64,000 nt of DNA from NCBI RefSeq assembly GCF_006345805.1, contig NC_043015.1:16430001-16494000 (forward strand), written 5' to 3'. Below are positions 1-13,200 of the stretch, one piece after another; the stretch's first letter is position 1; the number at the start of each line of letters is the position of its first letter. Below the pieces are notes generated by a model, which saw only the letters and a list, made by a program, of their open reading frames with translations, was not told the origin of the DNA and ran no database searches. The position numbers and the translations under genes were made by a program. This DNA is from Octopus sinensis (Eukaryota).

Positions 1-250
1 CCCACATTTGTACTGTTGATAAAACGAGAGCATCATCCCCCATTGTTGCAACCATGGCAGCATGAACGTTGTTGGGGGCTAAACCATTTTTCTCCAGGTA
101 CTTGATAACACCATGATGCCAAATTTAGTCCATTTTCAAGATGTGAGTTTACCTGGAAAGAAACAATACAGGTTGAAATTAATGCATGTAAGATTTCACA
201 GCTCTAGCATCCTTTATAGACAGCCTATGAACTTTTCAGCCTGCTCCCGA
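1..250 (-). mobile_element. 5' end of a mariner transposon, cut by the window edge
   Basis: Reverse complement matches the 5' part of the mariner at 3737-5009; TIR-like gacagcctatgaacttttcagcc at ~220-248. Confidence 0.75.
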
Positions 251-291
251 ACACCTGTCATTGGGTATGATACCTTCCTGTACAACCTGAT

Positions 292-575
292 TAACTAAAT
301 GGATAACTAGGCTATAGCCTAGTTATCCATTTAGTTATCCTTCTCTAACATATTTTAAGTATCTCAGTGATAATTCCTGATGGACCTGGGATTTTCCCTG
401 TCTTTATATCCTTAATTCCCTTATCTATCATAATACTGTGAGTTAGGATAGCTGGGTTATTCTGTTGAGTTCACATCAGAAAGACTCTCTTTCTCCCAGA
501 CAGAAAAAATTGGGCATAAGAAGCATCAGACATAGTGTGCAAGAGAGAATACTGCACTGGTATGGTCATTGATGG
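292..575. mobile_element. Scrambled RTE LINE fragments in both orientations
   Basis: ~330-500 on - reads KTGKIPGPSGIITEILK (cf. KTGKAPGPSGITAEMLK in ORF 12635); ~505-570 on + matches the RTE C-terminal region. Confidence 0.65.
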
Positions 576-602
576 GTTAAATGTAGAATCAGAAAGATGA
601 TT

Positions 603-818
603 GTGGAGGCACATAGTTTAGTGGTTAAGGTGTTGGATTCATGATCATAAGATTATGGTTTTGATTCCTGGACTGGGCAATGCATTGTGTTGTTGAGGAA
701 AACCCTTCATTTTACATTGCTCCAATCTCCTCAGCTAGCATCCTGTGATGAACTGTCATCCCATCTAGGGAAGAATATATATGTGCCAGAGAAACCAGGA
801 AACTGGCCCTATGCTCTT
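603..818 (+). mobile_element. tRNA-derived SINE
   Basis: A-box-like TAGTTTAGTGG and B-box-like GGTTTTGATTCC followed by a non-tRNA body. Confidence 0.6.
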
Positions 819-1124
819 TATGGAGTAATCTGAACTAACTAAGATCATTGTACCAGTATAAATCTTCACCAACTTCCTTGAATTTTTTTATCTAGAATTT
901 TTAATCATATGCATAGGGATCAACTATGGCTTAGTTATTTAACTAGCACTTTGCTTAATCCTACTCTTGTGGTTTTTATTTTGTAAATTGAAACTTTAAA
1001 ATGAATTATATCCAGCCTTTTAATATATCTAATGAATTTCACATAGACTGTTACACATATAACAGATAATTTTGTTGGCCTTCTTTACAATCTCTTGCTT
1101 TAATGAACATGTCCTATTTTCCAG

Positions 1125-1250
1125 GATGTCGTAAAAGTCTTCAAAATCTGTACAAAAACAAAGCAAATTCTCCATGTAAAACAGCCACTCGTGAAATTAA
1201 TCAAGATTGTGATCGCATCCTTGATGCTCCTGACCTTATTGATAATTTTT
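1125..1250 (+). CDS. CDC20: CDC20 exon (first in window)
   Basis: ttttccag| ... |gtgagt; encodes SLQNLYKNK...DRILDAPDLIDNF. Confidence 0.88.
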
Positions 1251-4200
1251 GTGAGTATTCTTTTAACTTCTTTAAAACAAATTTTTGTTAAAATCAGTCA
1301 ATAAGCATTAACAAGTATGGCTTACAAGTTCTGTCATAGAAGGTGCCACTTTGGCAAAGTGTCATCTATTGTGGCCTCACTTCAACCTTGAGAGTGAAAT
1401 TTGGCGTGAAACTCTGTAAGCCCATCAGAATGGCTGTTTTTTTGCTTTTTTTTCTGTGCAGAAAGGAGTATGGAAGAAATAGAAGAAAAGAAGGGATAAA
1501 TATCAGTGGAACAATAAGTGGGAGTGAGTGAGCAAGTGAGCATCATATGTGGTGAGATGAGAAATATGAACAGCTGGATGAGTTTTAAAGTGATTGAGAT
1601 GATGAATGCTGGTGGAAAGATGGACACAAGTATATTGAAGAAGAGGGATCAATACAGTCTCTTATACATAGACCTACTTGAGGGGATTGTGGTAGAGTAA
1701 TGGAGATGGTATGCAGCCAGTTTTTTATAGTTTGCAAGCTTCACAGGAGATCAGTAGGATGCTAAGAAGGGGTTCAAGGGTTGCAAAGTGTAGCAATACA
1801 TTGCCTAAACAGTTGCAATAAATTGTTCAGTCATTCCTTATAGCTTCATAGCGAGGCAAAATTATTTTACAACTATGTATTTTTTTTTTCGTGTAATTAT
1901 CTTCTAGAGCTATTTGTTTTCCTTCACCAGTATTGCTCCAAAGCAATATATTTACAGAACTAACTGATTGTACATAATCTTATAGGTTAATCTCAAATTA
2001 GAAAAATAAAAGGAGCGGTTGTATACTGTCAACTTAACGTGACAGTCCCGTAAAGGGAATCACACCACCGCTATTTAGCCCTAGGAAGCATCAGTGCTTC
2101 CTGTCGGGCTTGACACATTTCCTGTGTCATATATTTGCGAAGGGGAGACAAGCACCCCCACCAGCCAGGTCTGCACCTAGAGACATGCATGTTTCTGAGT
2201 CTTGCTCGTCATCAGTCTAGGGTAGCAAGGCTTGCTAGTTGAAGATGTTTGCCAAGCCCTCACAAATATATATATTTTCAGTGAAATCTATTCACTGATC
2301 ACCAAAATTAGAAATATTAAATTTCTAAATATCTCAGAGAGACATGAGTGGTGGTGAAACGATAGAGCGGTTGTATACTGTCAACTTAACGTGACAGTCC
2401 CGTAAAGGGAATCACACCACCATTATTTAGCCCTAGGAAGCATCAATGCTTGACGGTATACAACCGCTCATATCTCTCTGAGATATTTAGAAATTTAATA
2501 TTTCTAATTTTGGTGATCAGTGAATAGATTTCACTGAAATTTGTGAGGGCTTGGCAAACATCTTCATCTAGCAAGCCTTGCTACCCTAGACTGATGACGA
2601 GCAAGACTCAGAAACATGCATGTCTCTAGGTGCAGGCCCGGCTGGTGGGGGTGCTTGTCTCCCCTTCGCAAATATAAGGAGACAGGAAATGTGTCAAAGC
2701 CGACAGGAAGCGTTGATGCTTCCTAGGGCTAAATAGCGGTGGTGTGATTCCCTTTACGGGACTGTCACGTTGAGTTGACAGTATACAACCACTCTATCGT
2801 TTCACCACCACTCATATCTCTCATATTTAGAAATTTAATATTTCTAAGAAAAATAAAATCTTCTTGTCAAAATTTCCTTTGCTTAAATTTCTTTTAAATT
2901 TTTACCTACAGATTGCAATTTGCTTGATTGGTCTGCAAGAAATGTTTTGTGTGTTGCCTTGGGTCAATCATGTTATCTTTTTGGTGTGGAACAAGATTGT
3001 ATTGATGCACTGCAAAACAATGATGATAGAACTGAAGATAATTATGTTTCTTGTGTAAGCTTCAGTGCTGATGGTAGCTTCATTGGGGTTGGAAATAATT
3101 CAGGAGAACTTCAGGTATGCATGCTTACATTGTACATTGTTTCCCATATCAGGTATATTTTAAATATTACCTGACATGTAACCTGCTTTTTTTATATTTG
3201 TGGATTCTCTAATGTAAAAAATAGGGATTCTTTAGATGTTTTAGCATACAAACACAGATAATTACAGGAAGCAGTTTTAAGATTAAAATATAGAATTCAA
3301 ATTCTTTCTATTTTTCCTATGATTCAATTTGTATAAAATAATGTTAATTAAGAATTTTATCTTTTGCTATAAAGCTGTTGGAAAAGATGTCTTACATTCT
3401 TACCTCATAATCTAAGCATTAACTTTGATACTATATTATGAAGATGAAATTAATCATGTGTATAATGTTGCCCTACCATCCATAGAGTCAACAGTTCATA
3501 TCTTACTTTGTGTCTCTAGTCAAAGCACTTAACTTGCTGTACTTTAAGCCATTTAACTCTAAATAAAACTATAAGATAACTAACATTCACTGCTATAGAC
3601 AGTACATTGTGTACTGTATAATTAACATATATTTTGATTGCTTCTTCAAACATTCCTATAGTTAAAATATGTTGAGAAATTGATCTTTCCAAAATGAGAA
3701 AACTGAAATAAGCATATCACAACTCCTCCTAACAAGATGAGGTAAGTTGAAAAGGTCATAAACTGACTATGAATGAGTGATGCCAGAGCTGTTAAATCTT
3801 GCCTGCATTAATTTCAACTCTTCTTATTAATAACTGCATACAGATAAATTGACTGTTGAAAGAACACTATAGAAGTAACTAGTAGTGATTTCTCTTGAAA
3901 GTAAACAAAATTTGACATCATGATATTATCAAGTACCTGGAGAAAAACTGTTTAGACCCCAACGACATTCATGCTGGCATGGTAACTACATTATGAGATG
4001 ATGTGCCAACTTTATCAACAATGCAAAATTGGACAGCTGAATTTAGGAGGGGAAGGGAGAGTCTTGAACATTACCTGAGGTCTAGATGTTGTGCAATTGC
4101 CACTACCAAGGAGAACATTCTTTGTGTTCACCACATGCTGATGGATGATAGGTGATTGACTATGAATCAAATATCCAATGCTATTGGCATATCCTGTGAG

Positions 4201-7200
4201 AAATTTGAGAATATTTTGCACAATGAACTTGACATGATGATGGTTTCTGCTCGGTGGGTGCCACATCTTCTGACATTTGATCAAAAGTGCACCAGGCTGA
4301 TCACATCATAGGAAAATCTACACTGTTTGAGGCAGTTACAGTTTCTTTGAACATTTCCTAACTCAGGATGAGTGTTGGGTTTATCATTTTGAACCAGAAA
4401 CAAAGAGATAATCCATGTAGTGGAAACACCCCTATTCACCTACTCCAAAGAAGGCCAAGGTGATTTCATCTGCAGGGGAAGGTGATGACCTCAGTTATTT
4501 TGCAATGCAAAAGGCATTGTGTTTATTGACTACCTTCAAATGAGCTACACCTTCAATGGAGAGTACTATGCCAACTTGCTGAAGCAGTTACAAAAGGCTA
4601 TCAAGACCAAATGCCCAAGGAAACTGATGAAATGGGTTTTGTTTCATCAGGACAATGCTTCAGTACACAAGCCTTTGCTTGTAAAGGCAGTTGTGTGTGA
4701 CTGTGGATTTGAATTCGTTGATCACCATCCCTCTTCTCCTGAGTTGGCTCCATCTGACCATTATTTGTTCCTCAACATGAAAAAACACTTGGCTGGGAGG
4801 CAGTATTGTAGTGATGATCATGTCATATCTTCTGTTGAGTGTTTTGACCAACAGTATGATAGCTTTTTCATCAATGGAATCCAAGCACTGCACAGTGATA
4901 GAAGAAGTGTATGGGCCACAATGGGGACTATGTTGAAAAATAATGTCATTTGGTCACATTCTATGAGAGTATCTTGGTCAACCTACAAACTTTTCAGCTA
5001 GCCATTGTAAAAGCTTAATGGAGAAGAATGGTTACAGTTAGAAGTGTAACATAGAAAACCATTGTATACACTTGCAATAGATATGTGTCAAGTCTAGTGA
5101 TTAGTCATACAGTCAACTCTCGCTACTATGCCACCCTGCAGGACTGAGCCAAAGTGGCATAGTACCGAGGGTCTGTTATCTAAACACTACATAACCAAAA
5201 ATTTACTGAACATACAAATAAAAATTCATTGGGTAGGAAGTAAGGCCAATAAGTTCAATGCAATGGTAAAAAGAAGACATCCAAGTTTATTAAGTTCAGA
5301 TTGCTTTTAGTTAATCCCGAAGCTCTCAAAAATTGTCGGCTAACGCATCTTCTTTCGGCGGATTTCATTCATTTCATTGTCTAGCCTATCACACGCCTGC
5401 ATGACGCTGGGTTTTCCGCTGCTCTGCTGCTGCATAAACTTTCAGATAGTGCTCCATGCTCTCTGGGCATCTGCAAACGAAACGTATTCCTCTTCCACAA
5501 TTACCTCGTCGTCTTCACTTTCCACTGGCTCTTCGTTATGCATTACCTCCTTTGCTATTTCTTCTAGAGTGAAAGATCCTCCAGCAATCGTCAGCACTGA
5601 GAAAATCAAACAGCTCAATTGTTTCGTTCTCATGTGTCTTTTCCTCGGGAGGTAAAGCTTTCCAGATCTCGAGCAGCTCAGCATCCTCTGGCCCTATTTG
5701 TATTTCCTCTTCAATAAACTTGGCTTTCGCGAAACAGTTCTTAATCGTCAATTCACTGACCTGCTCCCATGCACGCCAAGCAACGTGCAGAGAGTCGAGC
5801 AATGTAAATTTAAACTCGTTTCCTTCATCCATGGCTTCGAGACGGCGGGACAGCAAGAGCTTTTTGTAATGGTGCTTAAGATTTTGTATGATTCCTTAAT
5901 CCATTGGTTGGGAATTTGCTGTCGTGTTGGGCGGAAAGAAGAGCATTTGGATGTTGTCCAAGTGGACGTCAGAAGGGTGACCAGAGAAGTTATCGAGACA
6001 GAGCAACACTTTGCGGTTTTGCTGCCTGAGTTGTCTGTCCCACGTTTGTAACATTTCTTCAAAAGTTTCTGCTGTCATCCATGCCTTCGAATTAGCCTTG
6101 TACTTCACAGGAATCTATTTGTTCTTAAACGCACGAGGTTGCTTGGAATTTCTGATCACCAGAAGAGGTAGCTTCTCGCTGCCGCTTAAGTTTGCTCCGA
6201 CCAAAAGAGTGATTCTTTGCTTGCTTTTCTTTCCCCCTGTGCACCGCACTCCCCTGAAAGCCATGGTCTTGTTCGGAAGTAGTTGCCAAAAGACTCCTGT
6301 TTCATCCAAGTTGAACACGCTCTTTCACGGAAAACTGCCTGAGCAAGGGCCAGAGAACCTCTTGTTGCCACTTAATAAGAGATTGAGAATTCACCGCTCC
6401 AGCTTCGCCCTGCACTGTCTTGAACGTGATGCCGTGATGATTTTTGAAATTGTCTAGCCAACCGTCGCTTGCCATAAAGTTCAGAATGTGCATAAGCTCA
6501 GCCAGTTTAATTGCTTTCTCCTTCAAAAGATCACCACTGACTGGCAGATTCTGTCCTCTTGCTTGTTTCAGCCACATTAGCACGCCATCATTGAGCTTCG
6601 GGTTGTGAGATTGCGTCAGCTTCATGCACTTCGATGGAATTCCAATGTTGATGGCTGCCTCGATTGCATCCTTTTTGTTGAGAATGCCCTTCACCGTGGT
6701 TCTCTTGACTTCGATGCCCCATTTCTTGCTCATTTCTCTAGCCAGCTTAGACTGGTTCGGCTCGTTTTTCGCAGCATCGATAATCTCCTTCTTTTCCTTC
6801 AGCGTAAACTCAGTCCGCTTGCGTTTCTGAGCTGACATTGTGTGCTACTTTCTGAACTTTTCCACAAGATTACAAAATGTAGGAGTACAAAATTTCGAAA
6901 AGTTGCATGCACTTCAGTTTACAAGTGGCATAGTAGCGAGAGTTGAGATTTTAGCGAGATTTTAGTAAAAATTTTTTGTCTATTATTTGGCCGGTACCGC
7001 GCAAAACTGGCATAGTAGTGAGAGTTGACTGTATTCATATAAATCTTCCTTGTTAATTACAAATTCAAAACCACATTTACATAAATATATACAAGGTGGT
7101 ATCAAAACGTTCCCAGACTAGTTTAGTAGTACACCAACAGATGTGCAGTGAGAGCTAGCAGTGACCTTCATGAGGCAGTGTGCCAAGTGATGTTGTGTTT

Positions 7201-10200
7201 ACTTCACCTGCCCTGTTTGCCAGATATAGTACCTGTGTTCTTCCATCTCTTCTCCAAGATGTAGATGCAGCTTGAAGGTTGCCATTTTAACACTGTTGTC
7301 AAGATCCAGAGTGAATTGTAGAAAGTCATTGACTCACTTATGGAAAACAACTTTCAGGCCATATTCCAAAAGTGACAGGAACGCTGGGACTGGTGTATTG
7401 CTGTGCAAGGCGACTATTTCGAAGGAGAAGATGTTAAAACTTAGGTAAAAATATTTTATTAAACATAATTAGTCTGGGAACCTTTTGATACCACCTTGTA
7501 TTTTATGTAAATAGTTAAAATATAACGAAGTTAAAGATTGAAATAAATTATTTTATGATAAGGTGTTAATAACAGCTTTTTTTTTCTCTTGGATTTATGT
7601 TAATTAGAATATTAATTATTTCAATTTAGCCTTTAAGGTTAGGTTTTATAATTATTATGATTAAAATTTTTATAAGTATTATAGTCTCTTATTTTATTCT
7701 TGATTTATGTTGTATTTAGTATACAATGATGAGTTATTAATTACATTATTAGGTTGATTCCTTTTTTTATTTTCTTAAGGATTAAATTTGTACTTGATTT
7801 ATTTGTTTAATGAAATGTTGTTCTTTGTTAGAAGTTCATTTAATTACTCAGGTATTGAGTGATATTTTTCTTGCCATACATTATACTTAATATATTGAGT
7901 ATTTATTTGATTCACTTATTGATATTATGCAGGATATAAATTATGTTATAAGATAATTAAGTTATATTCATGCAAATGAGACTCCTTTTTTTATTTGTTT
8001 ATTTATCTCTATTGGTTGTGTCATTGCTCAAAGTACATTATTTGTCTAACTCTATTAGAAATTATTGTTCCAGTTGTTCTGAGAACTAATGTATATGTTA
8101 CAATTTATTTAATCCAACTCAGTTATCTATAATCTTTTCTAAAGCACTTTTAATTGTAAATATACAGCATTAAACTGATTCTAACTAATTACATTTACAG
8201 TTCTATATTTAAGAGATGAGAAATTATGTACATTATTTAAATTATTTACATCTGATGGAAATTTGTCCTCATTTTGTTTGTTGTTAACACAATGTTTCAG
8301 CTGATATACCCTCCGGCCTTCATTAAGTGTCTTGGGGAAATTTCAAACCTGAGTTCTCATTCCTAAGGTATTTTTTGATGTTATTATTCTGACTCTTGAA
8401 GTTAGTAGCCTGCGCTCTTAACTACTACGCCATGTGCCCGTGAGCAGTTATGGAGTGAATTTTAGGGCTTATAAATCTAATATTTTCCTATCCTTCCCAT
8501 ATGCTATTCATATCTGCACTCAGTCTGCTTAGGAGGTTGTTGTGCCCTATCATATGTGCTGCTTCTTTTAGTTTTTGTATTTTCCAGTGGTGTTCTCTGT
8601 CTATTATTTTAAATTCATCCCACAGGTGGTCTCCATTTTACCATACATGATCAGCTATACCCGATTTATCAATATCTCCTAGTGTCACAGCTTTGCGATG
8701 TTCCTTTACCTTCATTTTGAGAGGGTGGCATGTTTTGCCTTTGTATAACCTACCACAGCTGTATGGGATGGAGTACACCCAGTTTTTAGTCATATTCTCT
8801 TCTATTGGTGGTTTTACTCGAAGGAGGGTATATCAGCTGAAATGTTGTGTTAACAACAAACAAGGTGAGGACAAATATCTGTCAAATGTAAATAATGTAA
8901 ATACATTTATTTGACTTTTAGAGTGTGTAGCATTGGTTATGACAAAAACCTGATGTCAGTTTATATTCAACATTTATTGCTGCATGTTTATACAAGGCTC
9001 CATGAAAATACAAACAGAATCAATCTTATATGAACATTGTATTTTACAGGTGATGAAGGTCTTCACAGATAATGCTTAAATGGATCTTTAACATCACTGC
9101 AAAATCATTTGGCAGCATTGATTTCTTCATCCATCTCTGAGTTGGTATAGAGCTGTGAAAACAGCTATTAGGGAAATTGTGCTGGTTTGAGTATGAAACT
9201 GGGAAATACTTGAGAGAAGAATTCACCAAAGACCATAACAAATGGTATCCCAATTTTCTCTGGCCTTGTATGCTCAAAACAGCTGTTTACATGGCTGTTA
9301 CCAAAAGAACGTTCTTGAACTTATCACCTGGACAATGAGTTCTGGTTGGTTGAAATTGGGGTCTGCATGCATGATAAACTCGTGATTTACATGCAGTTGG
9401 AAATGAAAGTGAAACCAGCTGCCATATTAGCCCCCTTTCCAGTCAAATTTGTAGGGTTAACAAAAGAGACAAAAAATATAATACTCTTCAGCTTGCCTGA
9501 ATTAGTCTTACTCTGCTACATTTTAATTACTATATAGCTTTTATGAGGTTCAATGGCTTTAATATTAAGGTGCTGTACCAATGATAACATAGCATGAATT
9601 TCTATCTGACAATCTTCACTTTGCTCCACTGAGCAAGGTACCTTACTCAAATGATACCAATTTGCTAGTATAAAAGAAAATTTAAAAAGCAGGTTCTACA
9701 TATACTTTATGATTGAGAAATTAGAAGGAAAAAGTGGAATTCTCTGACAGAAGTCATCCCACTTATGCAAACATTGAAACATGTATATAAAGTTGTAAGG
9801 AAATTTATTCATTCTCTATACATCTCATTTAAGGATATTTTACACATGTAAAAATACATCATGTTTTTCTTTTTTTTTTCTCTTTTGCAAGATATGGGAT
9901 ACAAAAACCAAGAAACTACTCCGTACAATGTATGGAGCAGGAACTTCAGCACATACACTCTCTTGGAATGCTAATGTTCTTAGCTGGTGAGTTAGTTTCT
10001 TTGGTTTAACTCCTCCTTGTTAATTACAATGAACTAAAGCAATAAGTTTTAACCTTGATTGTATTTCAGTACAATGTCCACATGGGTTAACTCATTAAAA
10101 ACTGCACAAGACATGTCTACTAAATATTAGATTAAATATTTAAATAAATCAATTGACCTTATTTTATTTCTAAATACTTAGCCAAGAATAAACCATTGTA

Positions 10201-13200
10201 CTTGACATCTGTTGATGTAGAGAAAGCCTTCAATAAAGTACCCCCACTATGTGATATGGTGGGCTCTGAGGAAGCAAGGAGTAGACGAGTGGCTTGTGAA
10301 AGCTGTACAGGCCATATACAGGGGTGCTGTAAGTATAGTGAGAGTTAACAAGTACAGTGAAGAATTTGGTGTACAGGCAGGTGTTCATCAAGGCTGTCCT
10401 CAGTCCCTTACTTTCCATCATTGTCCTCCAGGACTTACCAGAAGAATTCAACACTGGCAGCTCCTGCGAACTACTATATGCTGACAATCTTGCCCTCATA
10501 GACTCTATATTAGAGCCAGAAAAGGAATTCCAGGTGTGGAAGTAAAACCTGGAATCTAAGGGTCTTAAGGTTAACTAAGCAATGACTAAGATCTTAGTAA
10601 GCAAGAAAACAGACATGCTCCTATCTCCTTCAGGTAAGTGGCCCTGCTCAATTTGTGGGAAATGTATAGGCAGGAATTTCATCTTCCAAATCCCTCACGA
10701 AGAAATACGCACAGATCATGAACAGTTAAAGTTAAGAAATTCTTCTTTCAACCTCGCTTGCCTCTACCTTCTATCTTTGCATGTATCATCTTTATTCTTT
10801 CATTATTCTTCGATTACTCTCTCATTATATTGTTCTTTCAGTACTCTCTCATTATATTATTCTTTCAGTACTCTCTCACTATATTTTTCTTTCAGTATTC
10901 TCTCATTACTCTGTCTAGCTCAGTAACATGCCATTCATGTAAATTATTCTTTCAGTATTCTCTCATTACTCTGTCTAGCTCAAATATGTTTTTTGTTTAG
11001 TCTTGTCTCCCTGTTGCTCCCGGTTCATAGCCACTTATCTTTCCCCTAAAAATCTCACTTTCTCAGATTTTTCAAACCTACTTTCTTGCTCCCATGATTA
11101 ACAGAACCTCTTCCTAGTTTATGGTGCACCCGCCTTCCCACCCCCTCCACACATGCCGGAAGTTCCTATTCTTTGCCATCCCGGGGTTGCTTCCCATGAA
11201 GACTGCAAATGCTCTTTCACCATCCCTACCCCTAGTCTCGACCTATGTAAGGTAATGTTCATACAGTGCAAAATATGAAAGGCTAGTGTTATGCAGGTTG
11301 AACTGAAGGCTACTGTATTACTTGCACATGAATTCTGCCAAATGCGAGCTTTCTTTTCAGGTACATGAAGCTACTGTCCACCGTCCCAGGGTCTCTAGGG
11401 CCCATACCTCCCACACCCCCAGGGTTGGCACCCTCAACGTTGGCACACTGAAAGGTAGGTCTGGCGAGATAGTCGAGATGCTTGAACGGAGATGTGTGGA
11501 TATATGTTGCATGCAAGAAGTAAGGTGGAGAGGAGGATCTGCTAGGTTCCTCACAGGCAAGGAACACAGGTACAAGATTTTCTGGGCAGGGAACACTGAC
11601 GGGGTTGGTGGCATGGGTATCGCTGAGAAATGGGTAGATAAAGTAATTGAGGTAATCAGAGTATGTGACAGAATACTTAAGATCAGATTAGTGCTTCATC
11701 ATAGTTTAGCAACCATTATATTGGCGTATGCTCCTCAGTCGGGGCTACCTGATGGACAGAAAGACTGATTCTACGACACTCTACTTGCAGACTACCTCAT
11801 TGACGAACGACAGAGACCTTCTCTTTGTGGCTGGTGACTTCAATGGTCACGTTGGACAACATGCTGGGGGCTTCCATGGCGTACATGGAGGCTATGGCTA
11901 TGGTTCCCGCAACGAGGAGGGAACCAGGCTGCTGGAGTTCTGCGATGCAAATAATCTTATGATTTGCAACACTAACTTCAGGAAACCTACCAGCCACCTA
12001 GTCACCTACCAATCGGGCCAACATACCAGCCAAATTGACTACATCCTTGCCAGGCAAAGGGAGAGATGGCTGCTTATAAATGCCAAAACCTTCCCAGGCG
12101 AAGAATGTACCCCACAACATAGACTGGTAGTTAGTGACTTTAGGATCAGGACTAGGAGGACAACCAGAAGTCGACCAACATGGAGAAGAAGGATCTGGAA
12201 GCTTAAAGATCCTGCGAATGGACAGAGATTTAGGGACATGCTACTTGAAGCCTTTGACGAAGTAGAAGGGGATAGAGTATCACATGGGGTAGAAGGCAAC
12301 TGGACGTTTCTAAGGGACAACCTGCTGAGAGCCATTGACCAGATCTGTGGATGGTGCAAAGTCCCCTCTCGTCCCAAGGTAACGTGGTGGTGGAACAGTG
12401 TTGTAGACAGGGCTATTAGAGAAAAGAGACAGACTTGGAAGAATGGTGGTAGCAGGGAATTGTATCAGACTGTCAAAAGGGAAGCTAGGAGACAGGTCTA
12501 TCTAGCCAGAGGGGAAGCAGATAAGAAAAAATTTGCCAATGTTCTGCGCCGTGAGGACCAAAGACTGGAGGTTTTTCGCGTTGCAAGACAGTGTGTGAGA
12601 GAGAATTGTGATGTGGTAGGAGAGGTGTGTTCGCATGGAAGATGGTTCACTTGCGCTAAATGAGGATGCAAAGAGAGAGGTTTGGAGACGCCACTATGAA
12701 AGGTTGCTGAATAAAGAAAATGAATGGGATAAAGAGAGTCTGCCGAATGTTGACCCAACAGAGGGACCAGCTATCCAAGTTGACAGTTCCTTGGTAGTTA
12801 AGGCAATTAGAAGCATGAAGACAGGGAAAGCCCCAGGCCCATCAGGAATCACTGCAGAGATGCTCAAAATATCTGGTAGTGTCGGCTATAGCTTAGTCAC
12901 CCGTATAGTTAATCAGGTGATACACGAAGGAGTCATACCCAATGACTGGTGTAGCAGCATAATAGTCAACTGCTACAAAGGTAAAGGTGACGCCCTAGAT
13001 ACAAATACTTACAGAGGTATCAAGCTGTTGGATCAGGTAATGAAGGTTACGGAGAGGGTCATAGCCCAACTAATTAGAGAGAGAGTTAGTTTAGATGAGA
13101 TGCAGTTTGGGTTTGTGCCAGGGAAAAGTACCACTGATGCTATATTCCTGGTAAGGCAGCTGCAGGAGAAATACCTAGCCAAAGATAAGCCCCTGTACCT

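Larger units (their letters stand above)
2013..2847. mobile_element. Fold-back of tandem ~350-nt hammerhead-bearing units (Penelope-like pLTR or retrozyme type, family A)
   Basis: Unit starts at 2013 and again at 2365; from 2451 the same sequence runs inverted to 2847; each arm has one hammerhead; imperfect TSD-like agaaaa(a)taaaa on both flanks. Confidence 0.85.
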
